Assembly (NCBI GenBank): GCA_047150005.1
Contig: AP038806.1
Location: 448,001-512,000 of the forward strand
DNA length: 64,000 bases
Direction: 5' to 3'
Origin: Nitrospira sp.
Lineage (GTDB): Bacteria; Nitrospirota; Nitrospiria; Nitrospirales; Nitrospiraceae
Under the pieces are notes generated by a model, which was not told where the DNA came from, made no database searches, and worked only from the letters and a program-made list of their open reading frames with translations. The translations under genes and the position numbers were made by a program. Below are positions 19,888 through 30,134 of this stretch, in pieces (the stretch's first letter is position 1; the number at the start of each line of letters is the position of its first letter).

Positions 19888-21153
19888 TCAGCATGAGAGT
19901 TGGGGGGTCAGCGGAGGTCGGCAAATCAGGTGTTCGAGCGCGGCGGCCATTTTGGCATGTCCCGCTTCGTTCGTGTGGGGATCCCGGGGCCAGAGGTAGA
20001 AGCGCCCAGGATCATCCGCCTGCTCGAACACCGGCGTCATGTCAATGAATGGAATCCCCAGTTTCCGGCAGGTCTCGAGCAGGATGCGGTTAATGTGTTG
20101 CACCTCCGGATGGCGCAACTGGGAAATGTCGGGAATCAGCATAAGCACGAGTTTCGCCTGCGCATCGTCGGCGCGCTCCTTCAATCTGGCCAAATGCCGG
20201 CCCAACAAGTCGATATGGCGCTGCCGCTCGTCGGGGTCGCCGGAGCCCATCAGATAGTTGGGACGCTTCGACCATTCTTCGCGGCGAAGGTCCAAGTCAT
20301 GCAGATAGCCGATCCTCACCGGCCTGTTCTTCTCTCGAACGAGATGGCTGAGCGATTTCATGAAATTGAACAGGCGCGAGTGGTGGAAAATCCCTCCCTT
20401 GTATTGCAACCCCCGCTGATACTGCAGATCGGGAGCCAACCGCTCCTGCAGCGGCCCGTTCAAGTCATCGGCAAAGTAGGCCACCACAATCAGGTCTGGA
20501 GAAAACCGACGACCTATCTGATTGAGGTAGATATAGTATTGATTCAGGCCCCAGCCGGGGACTCCAGCATTGATCGTTTCGATCCGCCTGCCGCTTCCAT
20601 CGTGGAGCGACCGTTCCAACTGCTTCAGAAACACCTGATCAGTCGAGACTCCCCAACCGAACAAGAAAGAATCCCCGAGACCCAGTATGCGGACGACATC
20701 AGACGGCTTTTCCGCCTTGTGCTCCCCGTCGCGAAACCCACTTTGGTTGATCTTGATCGGGACATTGAGAGGACCGAATCCTTCGAAGCCCGGCACCAGC
20801 TCATGGCCGAAATGCTCGGAAGGCCGATACCAGGCCGCATAGTCCACGTGAGCCTGAGCCAGTGGGTGATCGACGACCCGCAAAGCCACTTCCGCAAGCA
20901 ATCCTGCGACGATAAGGGTACCACACAACAACACCGCTTCCTTCCATTTTCCTCCGGTGCATAGCGCCAGCACGGCGGCTGCGATGAATCCGAACACGGG
21001 AAATTCGATCGTGGCCGATCGCAGTTCTACTCCCAACAGACGAACCACCACCCCTCCGCGAAAGACCACGAAGAAGGCGTCCGTCAAGCACAGCACCATC
21101 GTGATCACGAAGACCCATGAAACCAAACGCCACAGTCTCGTCGGAGAGGTCAA
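19888..21153 (-). CDS. Membrane-anchored SGNH/GDSL hydrolase family protein (putative O-acyltransferase/esterase)
   Basis: N-terminal TM segments; LGDSF, INAGVPGW and DPHTN motifs. Confidence 0.85.
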   Translation of the reverse strand: MTSPTRLWRLVSWVFVITMVLCLTDAFFVVFRGGVVVRLLGVELRSATIEFPVFGFIAAAVLALCTGGKWKEAVLLCGTLIVAGLLAEVALRVVDHPLAQAHVDYAAWYRPSEHFGHELVPGFEGFGPLNVPIKINQSGFRDGEHKAEKPSDVVRILGLGDSFLFGWGVSTDQVFLKQLERSLHDGSGRRIETINAGVPGWGLNQYYIYLNQIGRRFSPDLIVVAYFADDLNGPLQERLAPDLQYQRGLQYKGGIFHHSRLFNFMKSLSHLVREKNRPVRIGYLHDLDLRREEWSKRPNYLMGSGDPDERQRHIDLLGRHLARLKERADDAQAKLVLMLIPDISQLRHPEVQHINRILLETCRKLGIPFIDMTPVFEQADDPGRFYLWPRDPHTNEAGHAKMAAALEHLICRPPLTPQLSC

Positions 21154-21269
21154 TTCAGTCCGTAGCGACAGCGGTGATCAAGCGGGTAGGCACTCACGAC
21201 TTCGCTCGTTAAGGCGCGAGGATAAGCAAGGGCACGGCCAACCGGCCGTCGCTATGCTTCAAGGGAGAT

Positions 21270-22418
21270 TTACCCGGCCGCCTGCTCCGATTCGATGGCC
21301 AGCTCAGCCAACTCTTCATAACAACGCTCATAGCGGCGCGCCACGGAGCGAAGATCAAACGAGGTTCTAATACGCTCCCGGGCGGCCGCTCCCAATTGAC
21401 GACGCGCGTCACGTCCCATGCCGATGAGATCCAGCCACTGCCTGGCCAGCGATTCCGCCTTGCGAGGCGGAACGACTCTTCCGCCGGCATCTCCCACAAG
21501 AAGTGCCGCGTCACCAACATCGGTCACCACGCACGGCACGCCGCAGGCCATGGCTTCGCCTACCACGTTGGGAAACCCTTCGCCGAACGAAGTCAAGGAA
21601 AAGATGTCAAAAGCCGGTATAATGGACGCGATGTCCGATCGAATGCCTAATAGATGGACTCTCCCGCTCAAACCCAGCGCTTTGATCTGTGAGTCCAGGT
21701 CGTACACGCCCTTGCCGACAAGAACAAACGCCACGTCGCTTCGCTCGACCGCCACGCGACGGGCTGCATCCAGGAATGTGGCGTGATCCTTCATGGGGTC
21801 CACACGGGAGACCATGCCGATGAGAATCGCTTCCTGAGGCAGATTCAACTTCTCCCGCCATGCCAGATAGGCGGCTGCATCCGGTCGGAATTTTTCCAGA
21901 TCAAAGCCGTTCGGGATCGTCTTCCATCGTCGGGCCCGATATCCGATCCGTTTATGGAACTGCTGCCCTGCCTGGCTGTTGACGATAACGACATCAGGGA
22001 TGCGTGAGCCGAGCGAAAGCAATTTGAGCGTAAGACGGGTGGTCCATGGATAGTGCGCAAGATCCATATCTGAACAACGCACATTCCACACCAGGCGCGA
22101 GCGCCCGCCCAGAAGCGTCGCCGCCGCGCCCAGGAGATCGGCATGGTACAGCCATGTCTGCAGAATCGCCGGGCGAATCTCCTTCAGCAACCTCATCAAT
22201 TTCGGAATTGCTAGGAGATCCAGCCTGGCTCGTTGCATATCCAGGCTATGGACCGGCACGCCGGCCGCTTCGATGCCATCTCCGAGTCGGCCCCGGCCGG
22301 TTAGGGACACCACGACGTTTTGGAATCGTGAGGAATCCATCGACCGCAGGAGCTTCGCCAGCATCATTTCGGCTCCGCCGACATCGAGATCCGTGATAAG
22401 ATGCACAATGCTGATCAC
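21270..22418 (-). CDS. Glycosyltransferase family 4
   Basis: GGAEMML, RVDPMKDH and EGFPNVVGEAM motifs. Confidence 0.92.
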   Translation of the reverse strand: MISIVHLITDLDVGGAEMMLAKLLRSMDSSRFQNVVVSLTGRGRLGDGIEAAGVPVHSLDMQRARLDLLAIPKLMRLLKEIRPAILQTWLYHADLLGAAATLLGGRSRLVWNVRCSDMDLAHYPWTTRLTLKLLSLGSRIPDVVIVNSQAGQQFHKRIGYRARRWKTIPNGFDLEKFRPDAAAYLAWREKLNLPQEAILIGMVSRVDPMKDHATFLDAARRVAVERSDVAFVLVGKGVYDLDSQIKALGLSGRVHLLGIRSDIASIIPAFDIFSLTSFGEGFPNVVGEAMACGVPCVVTDVGDAALLVGDAGGRVVPPRKAESLARQWLDLIGMGRDARRQLGAAARERIRTSFDLRSVARRYERCYEELAELAIESEQAAG

Positions 22419-23293
22419 TGCGGCAGGTTGCTGATAATCGATGCGGCAGGTGCCGGGAACGTTTCAACTTTCCGGTAGACATACTCATCGCACCCGCTCC
22501 CAAAAAGGCCGAGGTACCGGCCCCCGAAGCGACGGCCACGCGTAATGAACGAACGAACCTGTTCAAATCCTAACCCCCGCATCACGAGTTCCACTTCCTC
22601 CGGTGAGATGGATTCGTACGGCCAGCCCCCGAGCCAGTCATGAACATCATGGTAAAAGTCCATACCCCGCTTGGTCTTATATTTGTCCACGTAACTGTCA
22701 AATTTGTGTCCAGTCGCCCGTAAGCCGAGACGAAACATAGCCGTATAAAGCCGTTGTGCGAGTCTCTGTCGGCGTGAGCTGGCGCGCGCATACCAGCGCT
22801 TCTCCCATTTCCAGAACGGACACAACAGGGTCTTTCGATACAGCGCAAACACAAAGAGTCCGCCGAGAGAAACCAGTTCCGCAGCCGTGTGTATGGCTCT
22901 GAACATGTCTCCAGTGTGATGAAGCACACCCCACGAATACACCATATCGAACGTTCCGCATTGGGCTGGGTTCATCTCGAAAATGCTTTTCTGCTCCATC
23001 TTCCAAGGGCGTTGCGAAGCATACCGGGTGAGCACCGCTTGCGCGGCAGCAACAGAATTCGGATCAAGGTCAATCCCCTGAATTTCAACCGCGCCAAGAC
23101 GCAAGGCCGCTAGCGCATGCAGGCCAGACCCACAACCTATATCGAGAATGCGCTTCCCTGACATTTCGGATCCGGCGAGACGCCGTAATCCATGAACCGC
23201 CTCTTCGATGGCAGCCTCATCGACCTTTTCGGCATACGCGCGCCAGTTTTCACCGAAACGAAAGTGCGACTCAACACTTGTTAGATTGTTCAC
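22415..23293 (-). CDS. Class I SAM-dependent methyltransferase
   Basis: LDIGCGSG and YSWGVLHHTG motifs; paralog of 46139-47275. Confidence 0.88.
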   Translation of the reverse strand: MNNLTSVESHFRFGENWRAYAEKVDEAAIEEAVHGLRRLAGSEMSGKRILDIGCGSGLHALAALRLGAVEIQGIDLDPNSVAAAQAVLTRYASQRPWKMEQKSIFEMNPAQCGTFDMVYSWGVLHHTGDMFRAIHTAAELVSLGGLFVFALYRKTLLCPFWKWEKRWYARASSRRQRLAQRLYTAMFRLGLRATGHKFDSYVDKYKTKRGMDFYHDVHDWLGGWPYESISPEEVELVMRGLGFEQVRSFITRGRRFGGRYLGLFGSGCDEYVYRKVETFPAPAASIISNLPQ

Positions 23294-23406
23294 GAGAGTA
23301 CCACCTCAGATTTTGATGCCGCTCGCCAGGGACCATCTGAACAGACTTGTCCCTTGCCTCCTCCATGAATCGTCCTCCTATGTAGGCCGCAGTCATGTAG
23401 CGACGC

Positions 23407-24095
23407 TTAGATGGAATTTACCAGGCTTGAACAGATCTGCTCCGCAATCAGCTCTCCAGCAACATGATGACCTTCGGCGTTCCAACCAATGCCCTCCCCC
23501 GTTCTTAAATCCATGCAGGGAGACCTTCCGATTCTCGGCGCAAGCTACAAATGGACGGGCCAATGTCAAAACAGGATATCCATACCGATCTCCAAGGGTC
23601 GCGACTTGTCCTATCCGGATTAGGACAAGTCGGAGATTCCCGGTTCTTCGGCATATGCGCCCCGTCGCACAGGATTAGAGTCGACTTGATTTGCGTTTGT
23701 CAAGGTTACGACGAGGAAGCGGACGTGTTGTCCTTGAAACTCCTCGCACCTTCTGAGTGCTGACTCCATCACAGCCCGGAAGGGTTGTTCTATCGGAACT
23801 TGCAGCGCTTCCGCATAAGAGTCGCCTGGGATCGCATTCGGAATGTGCCATCGGGCTTTTTCTTTATATGTTCACGATCCTGCTGGCCTTCACTGTTTAT
23901 CGTGACACACGCCTCCCCTTCCTTCCTCCACCAATCTTTGGCACCTTCCCAGAGGGCCGTTCCGGCATAGAAATCAGACCGATAAAAATTGGGAGAGGAA
24001 TAACTGATTATACGCAAAATGCATTCAACGAAAAGGAATCCTGCGATGCATCCTCCGACGATAAGAAGCACCGCTCCAATCCCACCGTTTAGCTT
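23407..24095 (-). pseudogene. SGNH hydrolase pseudogene (several frameshifts, large internal deletion)
   Basis: Frame-stitched translation: TM..TINSEGQQDREHIKKKPDGTFR / AIPGDSYAEALQVP...FQGQHV|RFLVVTLTNANQV...GISDLS / QVATLGDRYGYPVL...LHGFKNGGGHW / NAEGHHVAGELIAEQIC. Confidence 0.8.
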
Positions 24096-24102
24096 TTTTA
24101 TT

Positions 24103-25296
24103 TCAGGAAGAGCGGGAGTCTCGCAGAAGCTCCGCAAGCACGGCACTGGTTCTTTCAACGAGCCTGTCGTGCTGAAAGTGCTCAACGATTCGAGCCCTTG
24201 CTCGTGCGCCGAGATCGGGTTCACGGACCAGACGGTCCAGCAGCCGAGTCCATCCCTTTGCCAACTCAGAGGGATTTTTTCTCTCCACCACTTCGCCGGT
24301 ACCTCCGACAACCCAGCCCGAATCTCCGATGTCGGTCACTACACACGGCACACTGCATGCCATCGCTTCTGCCACGACATTCGGAAACCCTTCGCCGAAA
24401 ATGGAACTCGATGTCGCGATGTCCAAAGCATTGTAAATTTCCGAAATTTGATAGCTGGACTCAAACCACATCACCCTCTTATCGATCTCAAGCCCCTTAC
24501 AGAGCGCTTGCAGACTATCTCTATACATCTGAGAACCGTTACCGACACACACGAACCTGACATCATACCGATCATGCACAAGAAGCGCCGCGGCATGTAG
24601 GAAATGCGCATGCCCTTTCATAGGATCCAGCCGACCGATCAACCCGATAAGCATCTCTTGTGGTGTGACCTTCCACGCCTTGCGAATCCGATCTCTCGCC
24701 ACTGAATCAGGATGGAATCGCTCGACGTCGATGCCATTGTGAATGACTACCATTTTCCCCGAAGGGAACCCGCGCGAAGCGGCATAATCCCGACCGGCCA
24801 TTGAATTGACGATTATCAAATCGACAAACCGGGAGAGACGACACTCTATCCAGAACTGGAGCTTATGTAAGAAGCCGTACTGGGAGAGGTCCACGTTCGA
24901 AGCTCGCAGCCCCCAGACGATCTTCATTGGAGGCACAAATGGCTTCACCACGACCCCCAGCACGTTCGCCGTGGAGAGATAGGCATGTAGCACAGCAGGC
25001 CTGGATCGACGGAGCAACCAGATCAGTCGAAAGAAAAATCCGAATACATCCCAGCGGGAATGTTTTTCGAGCGAAATGACTGGTACACCGGTTGACTCTA
25101 GTCCCTGCCTCAGCGGCCCGCTGGCATAGAATGTACTGACCATGACATGGACTCCAGACTTCCATAGTCCCGCGGCAAGATCGACGAGTTGTCGTTCGGA
25201 GCCCCCAAAATTCAGTGAGCGAGTGAGAAATAGGACTTGAAGCGGAGATGAGCGCAACCTTTCGGCGATCGCTGGGTCGAAAACAGGGATAGGCAT
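24103..25296 (-). CDS. Glycosyltransferase family 4
   Basis: GGSERQL, RLDPMKGH and EGFPNVVAEAM motifs. Confidence 0.92.
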   Translation of the reverse strand: MPIPVFDPAIAERLRSSPLQVLFLTRSLNFGGSERQLVDLAAGLWKSGVHVMVSTFYASGPLRQGLESTGVPVISLEKHSRWDVFGFFFRLIWLLRRSRPAVLHAYLSTANVLGVVVKPFVPPMKIVWGLRASNVDLSQYGFLHKLQFWIECRLSRFVDLIIVNSMAGRDYAASRGFPSGKMVVIHNGIDVERFHPDSVARDRIRKAWKVTPQEMLIGLIGRLDPMKGHAHFLHAAALLVHDRYDVRFVCVGNGSQMYRDSLQALCKGLEIDKRVMWFESSYQISEIYNALDIATSSSIFGEGFPNVVAEAMACSVPCVVTDIGDSGWVVGGTGEVVERKNPSELAKGWTRLLDRLVREPDLGARARARIVEHFQHDRLVERTSAVLAELLRDSRSS

Positions 25297-26397
25297 CTAA
25301 GCCGCTGGCGAGATGATTTGCTCCCACATGGCCATAATTCTATCGATACTATAGCGCCTTACACCATTCAGAGCCGCTCTTCCAAGTCGAGTTCTTTCCC
25401 GGGGATTCGAGATCAACCGATCCATGGCCGCGGCCATCGCCTCCACGTCACGGATCGGAACTAAAATTCCGTCCTCTCCGTCCCGAATGATTTCTCGCGG
25501 TCCGCTTCTGCAATCCGTGGCGATGACCGCACAGCCGCAGGCCATGGCTTCGCACAGAGCGTTAGGGAAACCCTCGAAGCGGGACGATAAGACAAACAGG
25601 TCTGCACGATTCAGATAGCCCCCTGGAGCACTGACCACCCCCGGCAAAGAAACCCGCCCATTCAACCCCAGTTCTTCACAGAGAACTTCGAGGCTCCGTC
25701 TCGCCGCTCCCTCGCCCAGGATGGTGAGGGTCCATTCCGGATGCCGGTCTTTGATGTTTCTGAATGCCCGCAAGAGATCGTCAAAGCCTTTTTCTTCGGA
25801 CAAGCGTCCCATCGCCAAAATCATTTTTGAGGCACGCAACTTCTCCTCAGGAAGAGGACCTTCTGATGGTATGGAGATGGGGTTGGGGATGACCATGATG
25901 GTGCTGCGAAAATTAGGCAGAAAATATCGGCTCGCCCGTTCACTCTGGACAATGATCCGATCGGCCCGTCGATACGTCAGCCGACGCAGGCAATTCCATG
26001 TTTTCCCAATGGAGTACATATGGGGGTCGGTTCTTTCCGATACCAGCACACTGTAGTTCAAATCCCAGACGGCACAGAGAGTTAGAATATTCGTCCTGTC
26101 GATGAAGCTGATGATGGTGTCAGGATCGTACTGGCAGATGTATCTGCGCAACACACGTATTCGCTTCAGATTATTCAATAGTCCCAGCATCATATTGGCT
26201 GAATTTCGGCTGATTGCGAGCGGAACATACTCCACACCAGGATCAAGCGGGAAGAACGGCTTCGTGGAACCATCGTCAAAACTGAAGATCTTCACGCTCC
26301 AGCCTTTCTGAGCCCAATAATTAGCCATGAGAGACAATGCCCGTTCAGCCCCTCCAGTCGATAAAGAATGAATCACCATGACAATTTTTCTCGACAC
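25297..26397 (-). CDS. Glycosyltransferase family 4 (PglH/AmsD-like)
   Basis: GGAERA, GRLSEEKG and EGFPNALCEAM motifs. Confidence 0.92.
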   Translation of the reverse strand: MSRKIVMVIHSLSTGGAERALSLMANYWAQKGWSVKIFSFDDGSTKPFFPLDPGVEYVPLAISRNSANMMLGLLNNLKRIRVLRRYICQYDPDTIISFIDRTNILTLCAVWDLNYSVLVSERTDPHMYSIGKTWNCLRRLTYRRADRIIVQSERASRYFLPNFRSTIMVIPNPISIPSEGPLPEEKLRASKMILAMGRLSEEKGFDDLLRAFRNIKDRHPEWTLTILGEGAARRSLEVLCEELGLNGRVSLPGVVSAPGGYLNRADLFVLSSRFEGFPNALCEAMACGCAVIATDCRSGPREIIRDGEDGILVPIRDVEAMAAAMDRLISNPRERTRLGRAALNGVRRYSIDRIMAMWEQIISPAA

Positions 26398-26432
26398 TGC
26401 CTTAGCTATTGAGAGAGATGAGACCGCATACC

Positions 26433-27113
26433 TTATCCTGGCTTGCGAGCAATAAAGCAGAGGCTCTCATCGTAACCATGAATACCGAGGTGAAAGAGCA
26501 TTTTTTTAGCGACTCCCGCAACCTTGCCCTTCCAGTTCAGATCTTTCCATGTAATGAACAACTTTTCGGATACTGAATCGATCGCAAAATGCGATGCGAG
26601 AATTTCCTGAAGGCGTACTTTCGTGAAGGACTGCAGGTGTCCCCAACGGTGAAACTGTATTCCGCAATGAGGGCATATACACATCTGTTGCGAAAGGTTT
26701 TCCTGGAAAGGAACCGTCCCGATCAGTGTTCCTTCTTCGCGCAAGACTCTCTTAATTTCAATTAGTCCTCTTTGCAAGGTCTCGCTGTCGAGATGCTCAA
26801 TTACCTCAGATACCACCACGGCATCGAAGCTCTTGTCAGGAAAATCGATGCTATCAACACATCCTACACGAGCCTTTTCACCCAACTGAAGTTCCAGGCG
26901 AACACGTTGTATGGCACTTTCATTGGGATCTAGCGAATGAACATCGGCACCGAGCTGGATCGCTTCTCGCTCAAATGTCCCGTCGCCGACTCCTATGTTC
27001 AGAACCTTATTATTGCGAATGTACTGAGCCAGAAAGGAAAGCCTTGCCAGGCTTCCAGAGAAAGCCTCAGTTCTCCTATTCTGAAAATAGTCCCAGATCT
27101 TTTCCTGGTTCAT
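26433..27113 (-). CDS. Class I SAM-dependent methyltransferase
   Basis: VLNIGVGDG and SEVIEHL motifs; CPHCG motif. Confidence 0.85.
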   Translation of the reverse strand: MNQEKIWDYFQNRRTEAFSGSLARLSFLAQYIRNNKVLNIGVGDGTFEREAIQLGADVHSLDPNESAIQRVRLELQLGEKARVGCVDSIDFPDKSFDAVVVSEVIEHLDSETLQRGLIEIKRVLREEGTLIGTVPFQENLSQQMCICPHCGIQFHRWGHLQSFTKVRLQEILASHFAIDSVSEKLFITWKDLNWKGKVAGVAKKMLFHLGIHGYDESLCFIARKPG

Positions 27114-27161
27114 GCCAAAATTCTGGATTGCAAGATAAAAGCGGACCTAGACAATTGAGAT

Positions 27162-27917
27162 CTAATCAACATGAGGTCCTTTTGTATGGCAAAGGACGAA
27201 TGCCTGTCCAGTGGGTAAAGCGATAACGAGATCTGGCTTGTCGGAGAAATATGAGTCCATCGCATTCTTCGCGCCCGGACAGGAGCGAAAGCCGTAGTCG
27301 TCGCAAAGAATTAATCCGCCGCAGGTCATCCGCGGGTAAAAGAAATCCAATGAATCAAGCGTAGGCTGGTATAAGTCTACATCAACATGAACAAAGCAGA
27401 AGCGCTTTTTTTGGACGTCGACGAATCTCTGCGGGATCCAGCCCTTGTAAAACCTGACAAAATCAAATTCTTTTAGGTTCTCGCGAATAGACGTTTCCGA
27501 AACGGCCAAGTCACCTGTCTTCCAATACGAACCATCGACAGGTTCCGGTTGTGACAAACCTTCAAAAGAATCGAACACATGATGCTCCTTATTCAGCGAA
27601 GAGATCTGCTGGCATATAAAATAAGACGTGGCACCTGTGTATGCGCCGCACTCTGCGGTGTCGCCGTCCAGACGGCGCACCAATTTCGCCAATTGGTAAG
27701 CAGTATAAGTCCGATCCAAAGAATGGTAGTTATTGCCGCGAAACCTCTCATACGCTGCTATAAAATTCGTGTCGTCTAAAAATAGTCGGCCGAATTCGCT
27801 GAACTTGTATCGTGGATAGACCCGCGAAATTATCTGCTCCGCGAGAATATACCGCGCATACTCCTCATTGGAAACAACGGCCCGATAGATATATTTTGCC
27901 AGCGTCATTATTTTCAA
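27162..27917 (-). CDS. TylF/MycF/NovP-family O-methyltransferase
   Basis: ECGAYTG, FDSFEG, KGW, HVDVDLY and DDYG motifs. Confidence 0.88.
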   Translation of the reverse strand: MKIMTLAKYIYRAVVSNEEYARYILAEQIISRVYPRYKFSEFGRLFLDDTNFIAAYERFRGNNYHSLDRTYTAYQLAKLVRRLDGDTAECGAYTGATSYFICQQISSLNKEHHVFDSFEGLSQPEPVDGSYWKTGDLAVSETSIRENLKEFDFVRFYKGWIPQRFVDVQKKRFCFVHVDVDLYQPTLDSLDFFYPRMTCGGLILCDDYGFRSCPGAKNAMDSYFSDKPDLVIALPTGQAFVLCHTKGPHVD

Positions 27918-29275
27918 GGAAATTCTCGCAATGCCTTCTTTAACATCAGATAGGTAAATAAAGATGAACCGAGGTACACGAGAGAGGTGGACAAAGCGAT
28001 CCCTGCCACGCCCATCACTTTCATGAATGCATAATTCAATAGTACGTCTATCGGCAGGCTAAGGGCCGCGGAGATCAGCAGAATATCGTTTCTCTTAACG
28101 GCGGATATAGCCCGGACGATGAGCGTGCCAACCAGATAAAATGGGATTTGAATCGACGCCATTGCCTGGACGCTGGCGACTACGGTCGTATCCGCAGCTG
28201 TAAATGCCCCCCGCTCGAACACCAGGCGGACAATCGCTTCTGAGAAATACCAGATCATTAATGAGCCAAGCAATGACAACCAAAACAGTTTTTTCGAATA
28301 CGATGCGACAAACATCACAAGTTGTTTTCTTTCCGCCCTGGCTTCGAGGGCGGAAAAGTACGGAAACACCACTGTTCCCAGAGTAGTAACGCCTATGCTC
28401 AACCCGGCATTAATGATTCGACTTCCATAGTTCAATGCAGCCAGGCTTCCGGATTCAAGAGTGGCCGCCATTATTTGGTCCACCGGTCCAGTCGCCCCCA
28501 AGAGAAAAGTACCAGCAACCATGGACTTGAATTGGTGAACGACATTTTTGGTGTGCCCATCAAAACCATGCCATCGTAGGCTTATCGCAAGCCCTTTTCT
28601 TCTTATGGCCAGTGCCATGGCCAGCGCTTCCACGACCGCTCCACCGAGGGTGGCGGCTGTCAGCAGATACGGATTTATCGGATCCCGATAACTGAGCAGC
28701 GACACAATGATGATGAGCGAGGTCAGAACCGGAACGAGAGAAACAATAAGAAAGTTTCTTCGGGAATTGAGGAAAGTTCCCCAGAGGCTCGTAAGGCATG
28801 TTACTGGCAGGATAGGTAGAAGAAGAAAAAAGAGGGTCTTTGTGAGGGACAGTTTTTCCTGGTTGAAGCTGGACCCCAGAATGGTGAATGCCAGAGGAGC
28901 AAGTAATGTGAGCAAGAGGGAGGCTCCAAGAAGGAAAAGAAGAACGAGAGCCATGACATTGTCCGCAAGCTTTTGAGCCAGCGCACTCCCTTCCCGCTCT
29001 GCGACCTCCACGTACGTCGGCATCACTGCGGCATAGATTCCACCCGAAATGATGCTGCTTACTAGGGACGGCAGCATAAAAGCCATCAGAAAAGCCTCAT
29101 AGACGTCGCTTGTGCCAAACTGACTAGCCACAACCTGCTCTTTCACCAACGCAATAAACTTGACACAAAGAACGGAGAAACCAACGAAGATTAACGGCCA
29201 GACGATCTGTCCGCTCCTAAACTGAGCTATCCGTAGATGCCACCGAGGAAACGTTGTGCGCAGGATGTTAATCAT
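27914..29275 (-). CDS. MOP-superfamily oligosaccharide flippase (MurJ/MviN-like)
   Basis: About 12 TM segments; VASQFGTS, VDQIMAA.L.SGS.AALNYG and FERGAF motifs. Confidence 0.85.
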   Translation of the reverse strand: MINILRTTFPRWHLRIAQFRSGQIVWPLIFVGFSVLCVKFIALVKEQVVASQFGTSDVYEAFLMAFMLPSLVSSIISGGIYAAVMPTYVEVAEREGSALAQKLADNVMALVLLFLLGASLLLTLLAPLAFTILGSSFNQEKLSLTKTLFFLLLPILPVTCLTSLWGTFLNSRRNFLIVSLVPVLTSLIIIVSLLSYRDPINPYLLTAATLGGAVVEALAMALAIRRKGLAISLRWHGFDGHTKNVVHQFKSMVAGTFLLGATGPVDQIMAATLESGSLAALNYGSRIINAGLSIGVTTLGTVVFPYFSALEARAERKQLVMFVASYSKKLFWLSLLGSLMIWYFSEAIVRLVFERGAFTAADTTVVASVQAMASIQIPFYLVGTLIVRAISAVKRNDILLISAALSLPIDVLLNYAFMKVMGVAGIALSTSLVYLGSSLFTYLMLKKALREFP

Positions 29276-29414
29276 TGAACTATACGGTCTGCTGCAGTAC
29301 CAATCTGCAGGTTAGAACCGTCGAATTGCGGTCATAATCTTTCCTGTTGCTGCGCAGACAGCCCCGGCCGTTCCCATCGCCTGTGCCGTGTCTTGAGATG
29401 ATCGTGAGCCTGCG

Positions 29415-29560
29415 GCGGGCCGGTTTCCTCCACCGACGAGATCCACCATGATCACGGTCTTGAGCACGGGAAGTTTCTGGTCAGCCGCAAACGCACGAAA
29501 CAATAGCCAGAGAACAGCGGTACTTCAATCTCTCTTTTCCGGTTTTTCAACCGGCTGACC
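29415..29560 (-). pseudogene. Fragment of a NusG-paralog (UpxY-type) antiterminator
   Basis: KNRKREIEVPLFSGYCFVR / FAADQKLPVLKTVIMVDLVG, with a 1-nt frameshift. Closely matches KDRKKEIEVPLFSGYCFVRFASEQKLPVLKTVGVVDIVG of the intact gene at 53033-53563. Confidence 0.85.
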
Positions 29561-29880
29561 GCTCAAAATCTTGCAGGTTTTCGCGAATGATCCTGAACAC
29601 TTCCCTATCATCGATTTCCAATAGAAATGAACAAGCAGGTTACGAAACCTACCATTTTGCCCATTGCAAACCTTTAGGTCCGTCTCCAGCATGCCGAGCT
29701 CACCGAGGGTCGGTGATTGCAGATATCGAGCGCGACTTCCGCAGCAACGATCAAGAGATACTTGGTGCTATAGACCGTTCTGACATCGGTGAGAAATACT
29801 TCAACGTCTTGCTTCCCGAATTCTTGAAGTTGGCGGCAGGTGTTCTGGAAATTCCGGCGAGATCCGTCAATTTGTTGCGC
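29560..29880 (-). pseudogene. HepT/DUF86 (HEPN RNase toxin) pseudogene
   Basis: Stitched frames: KYLLIVAAEVALDICNH / ...RFRNLLVHFYW / IDDREVFRIIRE. Contains the HEPN Rx4H motif (RNLLVH). Confidence 0.75.
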
Positions 29881-30134
29881 ACATCCGCCGCTCTTTCGAT
29901 CGGGATGGGAAATTCTTTCGTCATAGCCCATTTATCGGAACAATTCCCAGAAGACTGGGCTGGTGTGCACATAGCTCCGCCCTTTCACTTACAGCGGGGC
30001 CATTCCGGCAGACCTGGACCCCACTGGGGGCGCAGTGTACACGGCTCCGAAGAATGTTGGAAGTGACTGTGAAGGCAGGGATCTTTCGGCCGAAGCGGGT
30101 CAGTGAGTCAATTCATTCTTGATGGAGAGGCTTA

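Noticed and set aside
23790..24311. 173-aa ORF
   Set aside because: Chimera of an off-frame GT4 end and the N-terminus of the SGNH pseudogene.
11379..26429. TGAGACCGCAT shared by two intergenic regions
   Set aside because: A single 11-mer match is compatible with chance.
27914..29275. Housekeeping murJ assignment
   Set aside because: It is shorter than typical MurJ, lower in GC and embedded among GTs, so a glycan flippase is more likely.
29587..30066. 159-aa plus-strand ORF
   Set aside because: Antisense to the HepT remnant, with no motifs.
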